IMG/VR virus record: IMGVR_UViG_3300043464_002284
Coordinates: 124,001-188,000 of that record
Strand: one strand, 5' to 3'
Length of the DNA stretch: 64,000 nt
Of the stretch, positions 19,655 to 27,696 are shown piece by piece (position 1 is the first letter of the stretch; each line of letters begins with the position of its first letter). The notes below the pieces were generated by a model. That model did not search any database. It saw only the letters and a list, made by a program, of their open reading frames with translations, and was not told where the DNA came from. Position numbers and translations under genes: made by a program.

Positions 19655-20160
19655 AAACGGCAGAAAAACACGCCGAAGTACGATTTCATCTGCTCAATGG
19701 GCAAAACTATCGGAAATGGCAAGTAAATATTATGCAAGGGAAGAAGAGGGTTGACCAATTTTATGTCGATCCGGCCGAATACCAGTTAGAGATGCGTGGT
19801 TGCAAGCTGGTAAATAAGGTGGCTAGGGCAAAATGGGTCAATAAGAAACAGAAAAAGAATGTGAGTGGTTGGGTGCAGTGCGAGGAGGTTATGCTTCGCA
19901 AGGATTTTTATCCCTCTTTGCCTATTGACAATCTTGAGAAGTTGTATTATAATCCCATTCGTGATGTTCACTGGCGACGAGAGAGTGACGGTGGTGAATT
20001 TGTTTGGGATAACAGTGAATATGACACCTTAGTTACTGATGGACGACAGGTTCATATTCTGGAAGAACGTAACGGAAATTTTGACGGTATTTACGAGATC
20101 GACCCTAAATATACAGAAAGTTTTGGAATTTATGATCAAAATCGAACTGAGCGTGCGTGA
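19651..20160 (+). CDS. Hypothetical protein
   Basis: Overlaps the upstream ORF stop (ATGA coupling). Confidence 0.65.
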   Translation: MKTAEKHAEVRFHLLNGQNYRKWQVNIMQGKKRVDQFYVDPAEYQLEMRGCKLVNKVARAKWVNKKQKKNVSGWVQCEEVMLRKDFYPSLPIDNLEKLYYNPIRDVHWRRESDGGEFVWDNSEYDTLVTDGRQVHILEERNGNFDGIYEIDPKYTESFGIYDQNRTERA

Positions 20161-20503
20161 GTCGTTGAACATGATTGCAAATGGTTGCAGTCTCGATATG
20201 TTCGACAAGATTGTGACTTCGTTGGAAGTGGCATTGGGTGTGAACCAGCGTCGTAAGGTAACCATCACGGGTGGGATGACCACGGATAACCGTATCCGCT
20301 GCATCAAAGTCATCCGCGAACACACCGGATGGGGTTTGAAGGAGTCGAAGGATTGGACCGATGTTCTTGTTGGTCGCTACAACGAGAGCGGCTTTTGGAG
20401 TGGTGGTGGACACCCGAACACCATGACTCTGAAAACGCCGGAAGTGGCGGAGCAACTGCTGCGTGACCTGACCAGTCATGGTTGTGTGGGTTATCTCGTA
20501 TGA
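20132..20503 (+). CDS. Ribosomal protein bL12 (L7/L12) C-terminal-domain-like protein
   Basis: NRIRCIKVIREHTGWGLKESKDWTD matches the L12 CTD K-x-x-R-x-x-TGLGLKEAK signature. Confidence 0.7.
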   Translation: MIKIELSVRESLNMIANGCSLDMFDKIVTSLEVALGVNQRRKVTITGGMTTDNRIRCIKVIREHTGWGLKESKDWTDVLVGRYNESGFWSGGGHPNTMTLKTPEVAEQLLRDLTSHGCVGYLV

Positions 20504-20505
20504 CC

Positions 20506-20583
20506 TAAAGCCTTGTCCCTAAAGAACTTAGGGCGAGGCTGGGCGGCCGAATTTGATCTAAGTCCTTATCCCCAAACAACTTA
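20506..20583. repeat. Double-palindrome element 13
   Basis: Starts 20506/20559. Confidence 0.9.
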
Positions 20584-20786
20584 GGACAAAATCAAAAATC
20601 TTTGAGGCCCACTCAAGTTCCTGCTTGACAATGACGATACTATACTGTAGAATGAGAGTATCACAAGTCAAGACTCCGCGATGATGCCAACAAGAAAAAC
20701 CATCACGACGGACTTGACAAGTGGGTAACAGTAACGTATACTGATACTAGAACGATTGGAAACTGTAACATTTTTGGAGAAATGAA

Positions 20787-21047
20787 ATGAAGAAGTTTAG
20801 CTTTGCTGTTGATATTGTTGGCGACGAGATTGACTCTGCGGATGTGGTTGCTACGCTTACAAAGGCTCTGAACGATGAGCTTCCTGGTGATGTTCATGCG
20901 AATGTTAAGCCCGCTGGTATCAAGGCTTTTAGTGAACAGGGTTATAAGGTGTGGCGAGCTAGGGTTACTGGTGTGACTGCCGAGGCTGCGGGAGATGCCC
21001 ACGATGGCAAGGTAGAGAAGGAGACAGAAACCGAAACGGTTGCGTGA
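20787..21047 (+). CDS. Hypothetical protein
   Basis: GGAG RBS. Confidence 0.6.
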   Translation: MKKFSFAVDIVGDEIDSADVVATLTKALNDELPGDVHANVKPAGIKAFSEQGYKVWRARVTGVTAEAAGDAHDGKVEKETETETVA

Positions 21048-21062
21048 GTTAACAAAACTGGA

Positions 21063-21307
21063 CTATGCCAGTATAAAGGGCTAACGCCCCACCGATAAAT
21101 AGGTGAGATTTTAGGCATAGTGCGGCGGGGTCAAACCCGCGTAATGATAGTTCGTTGCAAGACTAAAAGGTGCAACTTAGAGGGTTTAACCAACCAGATA
21201 AGTCGGGTGGTTCCGTCGAAGTTATCGACCTCTAGAGTATATACTAATGACGATGGTAAGACGATAACGCCATCAAACCGTAATGCCTACATGGGACGCC
21301 ATGTGGG
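21063..21307 (+). ncRNA. Putative structured RNA upstream of tRNA-Arg
   Basis: Stems CTATGCC/GGCATAG, GCGGG/CCCGC, GTTGCA/TGCAAC, TAGAGG/CCTCTA, GATGG/CCATC, CCTACATGG/CCATGTGGG. Confidence 0.6.
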
Positions 21308-21344
21308 CTTGCGGCGTTGAGTGGGTACGATATAATAGAGAGAC

Positions 21345-21416
21345 GGCCCCATAGTTAAATGGATATAATAAGTGACTTCTAATCTCTAGTTGCAGGTTCG
21401 ATTCCTGCTGGGGCTA
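21345..21416 (+). tRNA. tRNA-Arg(TCT)
   Basis: Cloverleaf; loop CTTCTAA; T arm GCAGG-TTCGATT-CCTGC. Confidence 0.85.
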
Positions 21417-21421
21417 TTGTT

Positions 21422-21495
21422 GGGGGCGTAGATCAATTGGTTAGATCGCTAGCTTGTCACGCTAGAGGTTGCGGGTTCGAGTCCCGTCGCTCTCG
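21422..21495 (+). tRNA. tRNA-Asp(GTC)
   Basis: Cloverleaf; CTAGC-TTGTCAC-GCTAG. Confidence 0.92.
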
Positions 21496-21502
21496 TTTGT
21501 TG

Positions 21503-21580
21503 TAAACCCTTGCTACTAAAGCACTTAGAGCAAGTTCGCCGGGCCGGGGTCGTCGTAAGTCCTTATCTCACAAGGGTTTG
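21503..21580. repeat. Double-palindrome element 14 (directly after tRNA-Asp)
   Basis: Starts 21503/21556. Confidence 0.9.
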
Positions 21581-21660
21581 CATCAAGAATAATTTTGTGA
21601 AGTTTTTCGCTTGACGTTGCCGATACTATAGTGTAGAATCGGTAGACACAGGAGAAGAAC

Positions 21661-22365
21661 ATGAAAACTGCTGACGGTAATGATAAGTTGGGTAAGGGTT
21701 GTATTGTTGTGAGTCGTCCGGTTGGCGATACTTGCCCACCCGATTGCGATTATCTCGGAAACGGCTGCTATGCCGAAGCTACTGAAAACCAGTATAAAAA
21801 TGCTCGCACTGCCGGGTTTGCTAATATCATAACGGAAAAGAATAAAATCCGCTCTATGATTCTGGAAGCAAAGCGTCGTGAGAAGTCTATCCGTTGGCAT
21901 GAACGTGGCGACTGGTTTCTCAATGGCGAACTTGACCTAGACTATGTTGCGAATGTAACGTGGGCTTGTGAGAGTATTCTTGCCGATGGTGATACGTTGC
22001 CCGATATGTGGTTTTATACTCATATCTACGATTCTCGGCTTGTGAGTCTGGAAAAGTATATGAATGTATACGCTAGTGTGCATGATGATAACGATATGGG
22101 CGAAGCACTATCACAGGGTTTCAAGCTGTTCGCATGGTGTGACAGCGATATGAAGATTGCACCCAAGCGACCCAAGAGCAAGGCAAAGGCCGAAGCATGG
22201 CGACAAGCACTGCCGAAGCTGGTGGTTCTCAATGCGACAAAGTTTGTTGTGTGTCCAGAAATCCGTCGTGGTCGTTCGGAAATCACTTGCACTGGCACAA
22301 AAGATAGTATATCATGCGACTTGTGTGTGCGTGGTTTGGCTAATGTATTGTTTCCCGCACACTAA
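21661..22365 (+). CDS. Gp88-like Cys-motif phage protein
   Basis: TCPPDC...GCYA...IRWHERGD...FYTH pattern; C-terminal CP...C...C..C. Confidence 0.6.
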   Translation: MKTADGNDKLGKGCIVVSRPVGDTCPPDCDYLGNGCYAEATENQYKNARTAGFANIITEKNKIRSMILEAKRREKSIRWHERGDWFLNGELDLDYVANVTWACESILADGDTLPDMWFYTHIYDSRLVSLEKYMNVYASVHDDNDMGEALSQGFKLFAWCDSDMKIAPKRPKSKAKAEAWRQALPKLVVLNATKFVVCPEIRRGRSEITCTGTKDSISCDLCVRGLANVLFPAH

Positions 22366-22368
22366 ACC

Positions 22369-22446
22369 TAAGTCCTTGACCGTAAAGAACTTACGGCAAG
22401 GGCGAGCGGACGGATCGGTCGTAAGTCCTTGACTCATAAGACTTTA
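22369..22446. repeat. Double-palindrome element 15
   Basis: Starts 22369/22422. Confidence 0.9.
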
Positions 22447-22529
22447 GAGATTATTCAAGTTTCACTATTGCATTTGTCGATAAGATACTGTAGAATGGTG
22501 GAGTATCACCAACTTGGAAAGGGAAAGCT

Positions 22530-23096
22530 ATGAGCTATGTTGGATTGTATGATGACGCAGGAAGTAAGAACGCTTTCTACATTGTCAAAGATAAAAAGAT
22601 TGGCCGGAAGCGTGTGGGCTTCAAAGAGTTTGAAAATAAGCAAGAGGCAGAGTTTGCCCATCGGGTTCAAAAGCATCTGGCTCAGTTTGATTTGGCCCCT
22701 ATGGTATATGGGGATGTTGGTTTTATTCGTAGGCATGATGGTGAGTTGACTTGTTATGGTTATTTGACCGAAGTGGCTCGGCCTATGTCTGAATGTCATG
22801 ATGAAGATTGTGATGGTGAATGTTTTCGGAGCGAGTGTAAGAATGGTACTACTATCTCTGAACTAGTTTATGATTTGGGTGAACATGGCTTAGAGTATAA
22901 CGATGCCCATAAGGGTAATTTTGGTTATGTTCGACGTAAGGGTTCATGGGTTCCGGTTGCTATCGACCTTGGAATCGAGAGCTTTACTGATTGGGATGAA
23001 GATATTTATGGAAAGTTTGATTATGCTGCTGACGAGTTTGATGACTATGGACGATGCAATTGTGTTCAATGCAAAAAGTTCCGAGAGGAAGAATAA
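22530..23096 (+). CDS. Protein-kinase-like (ePK/APH fold) protein
   Basis: LAPMVYG, DAHKGNFG (HxxN), AIDLG (DxG); C-terminal CxCxxC. Confidence 0.6.
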   Translation: MSYVGLYDDAGSKNAFYIVKDKKIGRKRVGFKEFENKQEAEFAHRVQKHLAQFDLAPMVYGDVGFIRRHDGELTCYGYLTEVARPMSECHDEDCDGECFRSECKNGTTISELVYDLGEHGLEYNDAHKGNFGYVRRKGSWVPVAIDLGIESFTDWDEDIYGKFDYAADEFDDYGRCNCVQCKKFREEE

Positions 23097-23499
23097 TGAG
23101 CAAATACTATATCAAGTGTGGAACACTAGAATTAATTTATTCCTGCAACAAATGTCCACGGGATGCTGCGATGGATGCTATTTGGGAAACAAATGAAAAT
23201 GATACACTAGATGAGCATTTCTATATAGATGAGCGTGGATATAAAGACTATACAAATGCTGATGGATTAACTTGTGTGTTACATACTAGCCACATTCTAA
23301 AAGATGCCGGATGGAGTATTGAATAATGTGGACAAAAATAGACGATAAAAAAGTAAGACACTTATGGGAATGTGCTGATTGTGATAATCTAGTTTATGTT
23401 GAACCTTGGTTCTATTCCGAAAATGGCGAACCCTTTTGCACAAAGTGTGAGAGGGATATGGAGTATATTCGAACAGAAGTGGATATGTAACACTTTCCG

Positions 23500-23577
23500 C
23501 AAACCCTTGCTGCGTAAGCACTTAGGGTGAGCGGGGGCGGCCGGATTTGACGTAAGTTGTTGCAGGATGCGGACTTA
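23500..23577. repeat. Double-palindrome element 16
   Basis: Starts 23500/23553. Confidence 0.9.
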
Positions 23578-23615
23578 GAGAAATTCCAGAAAACTCCTAA
23601 AGTTTAGGGTGGTGA

Positions 23616-24029
23616 TTGGTCGATAATAAGGATATGAGAACGAGACGAGAATCAACAAGGGGTGAGAGAATGATCCAGTGGGTTGGGATTGTGATTACGA
23701 TTTTGGGTCTGGCGTATACGGGTGTGAAGGACTACCAGAAAGGGGACATAAAATTTCCCAAGATGCCTCAAAAACAGGTCTTGACAAAGGTAGTTTATCC
23801 GATACAATACTGTCTGATGGCTTACGATCCTAACATTGATAGAATTTTTTACCTACACGAAAATGGAATATGGTATGATTACGCTCCACAACAACGACGA
23901 TATTCGACCACGCCGCAACCATATCAAGCTCAAGGTGCGACCGCAGTGGCAGGTTCCTACGGGTCACAAGGAACACCGGCATACCGTTATGGACAATCGC
24001 CCCAAGCGTCAGCGAACCCGATCCGCTGA
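23616..24029 (+). CDS. Membrane-anchored hypothetical protein
   Basis: TM helix WVGIVITILGLAY. Confidence 0.55.
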   Translation: MVDNKDMRTRRESTRGERMIQWVGIVITILGLAYTGVKDYQKGDIKFPKMPQKQVLTKVVYPIQYCLMAYDPNIDRIFYLHENGIWYDYAPQQRRYSTTPQPYQAQGATAVAGSYGSQGTPAYRYGQSPQASANPIR

Positions 24030-24079
24030 AAATCGTAGGGCTTGCGAGAATGGGGACTATTGAGTATAATTAGTAGTAT

Positions 24080-24152
24080 GCCAGTGTAGCTCAGTCAGCA
24101 GAGCGTCAAATTTGTAATTTGAATGTCGCGGGTGCAACTCCTGCCACTGGCT
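24080..24152 (+). tRNA. tRNA-Thr(TGT)
   Basis: GCCAGTG/CACTGGC acceptor; TCAAA-TTTGTAA-TTTGA; atypical D and T loops. Confidence 0.8.
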
Positions 24153-24218
24153 TTATGAGTCGAAAGAAAAAACGTATGTAAACGCTCTATCTGGTGTATA
24201 TATTCGTATCCAGAGGAG

Positions 24219-24746
24219 ATGTCTATGATTGTAAAATGTAGTTGCTGTAATAAAGAGTTTAATAAGCAGAAGTGCGAGGTAATTAAGTCAAAAAATAATT
24301 ACTGCTCACGTTCCTGTGCAGCAAAAATAAACAATAGGTTATTTAAAAAGAGAAACAAAAAAGTTAGACATTGTAGGAACTGTAAGATTGAAATTATTGG
24401 CAAGGGAAAACTTTATTGTAGTATTAAATGTCAAAATGTTTTTCAGTCAGAAATAAAGATAAAGTCATGGCAGCTAGGAATGGACGATGGATACGAAACT
24501 AATGGAACAGTAAGGAGATATATAAAAAAATTCTTACTGGAAAAAAGAGGTCAGAAATGTGAGGAGTGTGGTTGGAATAAAATTAATCCAAATACCAATA
24601 AGTGTCCATTGGAAATACATCATAGGGATGGAAATTATAAAAATAATATAGAAGAAAACTTACAAATACTATGTCCGAATTGCCATTCATTGACAGATAC
24701 ATATAAGAATATGAACAAAGGTAATGGTAGAGAATGCAGAAGATGA
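24219..24746 (+). CDS. HNH endonuclease inserted in the tRNA cluster
   Basis: CEECG...LEIHHRDG...NN...NLQILCPNCH; N-terminal CSxxC repeats. Confidence 0.88.
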   Translation: MSMIVKCSCCNKEFNKQKCEVIKSKNNYCSRSCAAKINNRLFKKRNKKVRHCRNCKIEIIGKGKLYCSIKCQNVFQSEIKIKSWQLGMDDGYETNGTVRRYIKKFLLEKRGQKCEECGWNKINPNTNKCPLEIHHRDGNYKNNIEENLQILCPNCHSLTDTYKNMNKGNGRECRR

Positions 24747-24817
24747 TCCGGGATGGTGAAATGGTATCACAGCAGACTTTGGATCTGCGTTTCTACGTTC
24801 AAGTCGTAGTCCCGGAA
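24747..24817 (+). tRNA. tRNA-Gln(TTG)
   Basis: TCCGGGA/TCCCGGA; GCAGA-CTTTGGA-TCTGC. Confidence 0.9.
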
Positions 24818-24821
24818 TTAT

Positions 24822-24893
24822 TGGCGAGTAGCACAACGGTTGTGCAAGCGGCTGTTAACCGCTAGGTTACAGGTTCGAATCCTGTCTCGCCAG
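24822..24893 (+). tRNA. tRNA-Asn(GTT)
   Basis: TGGCGAG/CTCGCCA; AGCGG-CTGTTAA-CCGCT. Confidence 0.9.
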
Positions 24894-24898
24894 CTTGA

Positions 24899-24985
24899 GG
24901 AAGAATGGCAGAGTGGTCTAATGCATCTGATTACTAATCAGAAGAAGCGTAAAAACTTCCGTGGGTTCGAATCCTACTTCTTCCG
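24899..24985 (+). tRNA. tRNA-Ser(ACT)
   Basis: GGAAGAA/TTCTTCC, G73, long variable arm, TCTGA-TTACTAA-TCAGA. Confidence 0.85.
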
Positions 24986-24988
24986 CTC

Positions 24989-25070
24989 GGTAGATTACTC
25001 AAGTGGACAACGAGGGCAGACTGTAAATCTGCTGGCATTGCCTTCGCTGGTTCGAATCCAGCATCTACCA
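24989..25070 (+). tRNA. tRNA-Tyr(GTA)
   Basis: GGTAGAT/ATCTACC; GCAGA-CTGTAAA-TCTGC; long variable arm. Confidence 0.92.
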
Positions 25071-25071
25071 C

Positions 25072-25149
25072 TAAGTTGTTGGTATGAAAGGACTTAGGAC
25101 AAATTCGGCGGGCCGCGTTCGACGTAAGTGATTACAGAGTAACGACTTA
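25072..25149. repeat. Double-palindrome element 17 (directly after tRNA-Tyr)
   Basis: Starts 25072/25125. Confidence 0.9.
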
Positions 25150-25234
25150 GGATTTGTTTAAAGTTTGTTCTTGACAGCTGCCGATAACTAGTGTATGATT
25201 GCTAATCGGAGGCTGATGTTTGAGTTGCGAGTGC

Positions 25235-25306
25235 GGCCCCATAGTATAGTAGTTAGTACGCTGGCCTTTCACGCCGGAGACCTGGGAGCGTAACCCAGTG
25301 GGGTCA
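25235..25306 (+). tRNA. tRNA-Glu(TTC), atypical T loop
   Basis: GGCCCCA/TGGGGTC; CTGGC-CTTTCAC-GCCGG; T loop AGCGTAA. Confidence 0.75.
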
Positions 25307-25307
25307 T

Positions 25308-25357
25308 TTGTTTCTGCTAATCCTACGGATTTGGAAGTTGTGGAAGTAGTCAGCGAG
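25308..25357 (+). repeat. 50-bp ungapped motif, copy 2 (immediately after tRNA-Glu)
   Basis: TTGTTTCTGCTAATCCTACGGATTTGG...TAGTCAGCGAG. Confidence 0.85.
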
Positions 25358-25613
25358 AATTTCTAAACATTTGCCTCTTGACAAGCCGATAATGGTATGG
25401 TAGACTATTGGAATAAGAAAGGAACCTAAGATGAAGAACCTTCGCATCTATGATATTGTGACCGAGGACGGTCAAACCCTGGCTGACATTCAACTCTCTA
25501 TGCAAGAGGATTTTGATTGGGCTGATGTTTTTGATAAGCTCTATGATTTTACCACAGAAAACGTCCAAAGTTATTCCTACCAAGAAATTACCGTACAAAC
25601 TGAATAACTAGAT

Positions 25614-25686
25614 GGGCCTTTAGCTCAATTGGCAGAGCAAGGAGCTTTTAACTCTTAGGTTCGGGGTTCGAGTCCCCGAGGGCCCA
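25614..25686 (+). tRNA. tRNA-Lys(TTT)
   Basis: GGGCCTT/AGGGCCC; AGGAG-CTTTTAA-CTCTT. Confidence 0.92.
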
Positions 25687-25740
25687 CTTGACAATGGTTG
25701 GTTGTTGGTGTAGAATATGGGTAAGAAAGGGAGTAGAAAT

Positions 25741-25917
25741 ATGAGATATGAAGATTATTATGATGGCTACAACTATGACTATGATGAATTGGTAGAAAAT
25801 ACCGAGGATCTTGGTCTGGATGAAGAACCTTGGATGAATGATATTGAGGAAGAAGATGACGAGGTTCCATCTTACGGTAAGAATTATTATCCAAGTATTG
25901 AAGATGAAGATGAATAA
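25741..25917 (+). CDS. Very acidic small protein
   Basis: D/E/Y-rich; RBS GGGAG. Confidence 0.6.
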   Translation: MRYEDYYDGYNYDYDELVENTEDLGLDEEPWMNDIEEEDDEVPSYGKNYYPSIEDEDE

Positions 25918-25922
25918 TTTTT

Positions 25923-26003
25923 GTGTGTGCTTCTAGGTGGGACTAGAACCTTTTCTTTATTCCTTTCTTATAATGGGCTGTTGGTTCAAATCCAACCACA
26001 CAC
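25923..26003 (+). pseudogene. tRNA-like element with degenerate anticodon arm
   Basis: GTGTGTG/CACACAC acceptor; GTTGG-TTCAAAT-CCAAC T arm; TTCTAG/CTAGAA D-like arm; pyrimidine tract in place of the anticodon arm. Confidence 0.55.
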
Positions 26004-26006
26004 TTT

Positions 26007-26513
26007 ATGAACGCTTGGCAACAAGAGCTTGATGACTTCCGGCGTACCCCAGATGGTAAGATTATCCAAGGTGCTGCTCACACTAGCCGAGTATTAAATC
26101 ACAAATATCGGAATGGTGTGATTATCAAGGCTGTTTGTTCTCTGCGTAAAATTGAGAATAATTTCGATAGCATTGCTTGTTGTGGCGTAAGTGGTTTGAT
26201 GGTAGTGCCACAGATTGCAGAGATTCTCAATAAGAATATTATAGTTGTTCGTAAGGATGAAAAGCGATATAGCGAATTCTTTCTTGAGGGTGTCTCTCCG
26301 TCTCGATATATTATTGTAGATGATTTGATCTGTTCTGGAAATACTCTTAAGCATATTATTGCTAGTATTTCTGATGATACTCCAAGAGCAAAGTGTATCG
26401 GGGCGTACTTCTATCTCGGTGAGGAATGTTCTTTCAATGCTTCCACCGATTCTAAATTTTTTGAGAAGCAGTTTGGGACGATTATCCTAAACCCTTACCA
26501 GCCAAAGACTTAG
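26007..26513 (+). CDS. Type I phosphoribosyltransferase-family protein
   Basis: PRPP-binding motif IIVDDLICSGNT. Confidence 0.8.
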   Translation: MNAWQQELDDFRRTPDGKIIQGAAHTSRVLNHKYRNGVIIKAVCSLRKIENNFDSIACCGVSGLMVVPQIAEILNKNIIVVRKDEKRYSEFFLEGVSPSRYIIVDDLICSGNTLKHIIASISDDTPRAKCIGAYFYLGEECSFNASTDSKFFEKQFGTIILNPYQPKT

Positions 26514-26565
26514 GACGAATCCGGACGCCCCGGCCAGCCGTAAGTCCTTATCCTGAAACAACTTA
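26488..26565. repeat. Double-palindrome element 18 (core inverted; overlaps the PRTase 3' end)
   Basis: Starts 26488/26541. Confidence 0.9.
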
Positions 26566-26667
26566 CGACCTGCGGAATTTTTCCAAGGTTTTCGCTTGAC
26601 AGTGACGATAACATAGTGTAGAATCAGCGTATAAGAACGATTGAACAGCAACACGAAAGGGATGATT

Positions 26668-27618
26668 ATGGCTCATGCAGTTGAACAGATGATGTTTGTT
26701 GGTGCGACCCCGTGGCACGGTCTGGGCAACCAGCTCGACGAGGCTCCCACGGTTTCGGAGGCGATGACTGCCGCCGGTTTGGATTGGGAAGTTGGTCTGA
26801 AGGATTTGGTCACGGTGGACGGTCAACCAGTTCCGGCCCGTGCGACCTATCGCAAGACCGACGACAGTATTCTGGGCGTTGTCGGCCCGCGATACACTCC
26901 GCTGCAAAACAGCGAAGCGTTCGATTGGTTCCAGCCGTTTCTGGACGCTGGTGAGTGTGCGTTGCATACTGCCGGTTCGCTCCACAGCGGTCAGAAAGTT
27001 TGGGTTCTGGCCCAACTGAACCGCGACAATAGCGAGATCGTGAAGGGCGACGAGGTTGGGAAGTTTATTCTTCTCAGCAACTCGCACGATGGCACGACTG
27101 CTATCCGGGTTGGCTATACGCCGATCCGCGTTGTGTGTGCTAATACTATGGCAATGGCCCATAGCAAGAGCAGTGGTTCCAAGTTGATCCGTATTCGTCA
27201 CACACGTTCCAGCAAGACGAATCTGGAAAACGTGCGAGACATTATGGACAACATCAACATGGAGTTTGAGGCGACTGCGGAGCAATTCAAGTTCCTCGCG
27301 TCGAAGAACTTCAATCAGGCCGACGTTCGTCGCTATGTCAAGGTGATGCTCGACATCGACGGTACGCCGGACGATCAGATCAAGACTCGTACCAGAAACA
27401 TCATGGACGAGATTCTGAATCTGGTCGAAGGCCCGAAGCAGAGTGCTACGGGCGTTCGCGGAACGTGGTGGGCCGCTTATAACGGCTTCAACGAGTATCT
27501 GAATTACAACAAGGGTCGCACCGAAGATAATCGGCTCGACAGTCTGTGGTTCGGATCGAACGCGAATGACAACACCAAGGCTCTGGAAAAGGCCATGCAG
27601 TTCGCTCAGGCACTCTAA
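26668..27618 (+). CDS. DUF932 family phage/plasmid-like protein
   Basis: TPWHGLG...AGLDWEV...YTPLQN...TAGSL..GQKVW...LLSNSHDG...TPIRVVCANT...RHT...W.AYN...EY. Confidence 0.9.
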   Translation: MAHAVEQMMFVGATPWHGLGNQLDEAPTVSEAMTAAGLDWEVGLKDLVTVDGQPVPARATYRKTDDSILGVVGPRYTPLQNSEAFDWFQPFLDAGECALHTAGSLHSGQKVWVLAQLNRDNSEIVKGDEVGKFILLSNSHDGTTAIRVGYTPIRVVCANTMAMAHSKSSGSKLIRIRHTRSSKTNLENVRDIMDNINMEFEATAEQFKFLASKNFNQADVRRYVKVMLDIDGTPDDQIKTRTRNIMDEILNLVEGPKQSATGVRGTWWAAYNGFNEYLNYNKGRTEDNRLDSLWFGSNANDNTKALEKAMQFAQAL

Positions 27619-27642
27619 TACCTCGTAGTGGGGGTAATGTGG

Positions 27643-27677
27643 GAGCCGCCACTCAGCAATGGGTGGCGGTTCTTTTT
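27643..27677 (+). terminator. Strong intrinsic terminator
   Basis: GAGCCGCCACTCA-GCAA-TGGGTGGCGGTTC followed by T5. Confidence 0.9.
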
Positions 27678-27696
27678 ACTCCTAGACCACTTGACG

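Noticed and set aside
24007-24016. Eighth copy of the 50-bp motif (CGTCAGCGAA)
   Set aside because: The upstream TTGT, CTAA and GG blocks are absent and it lies inside an ORF.
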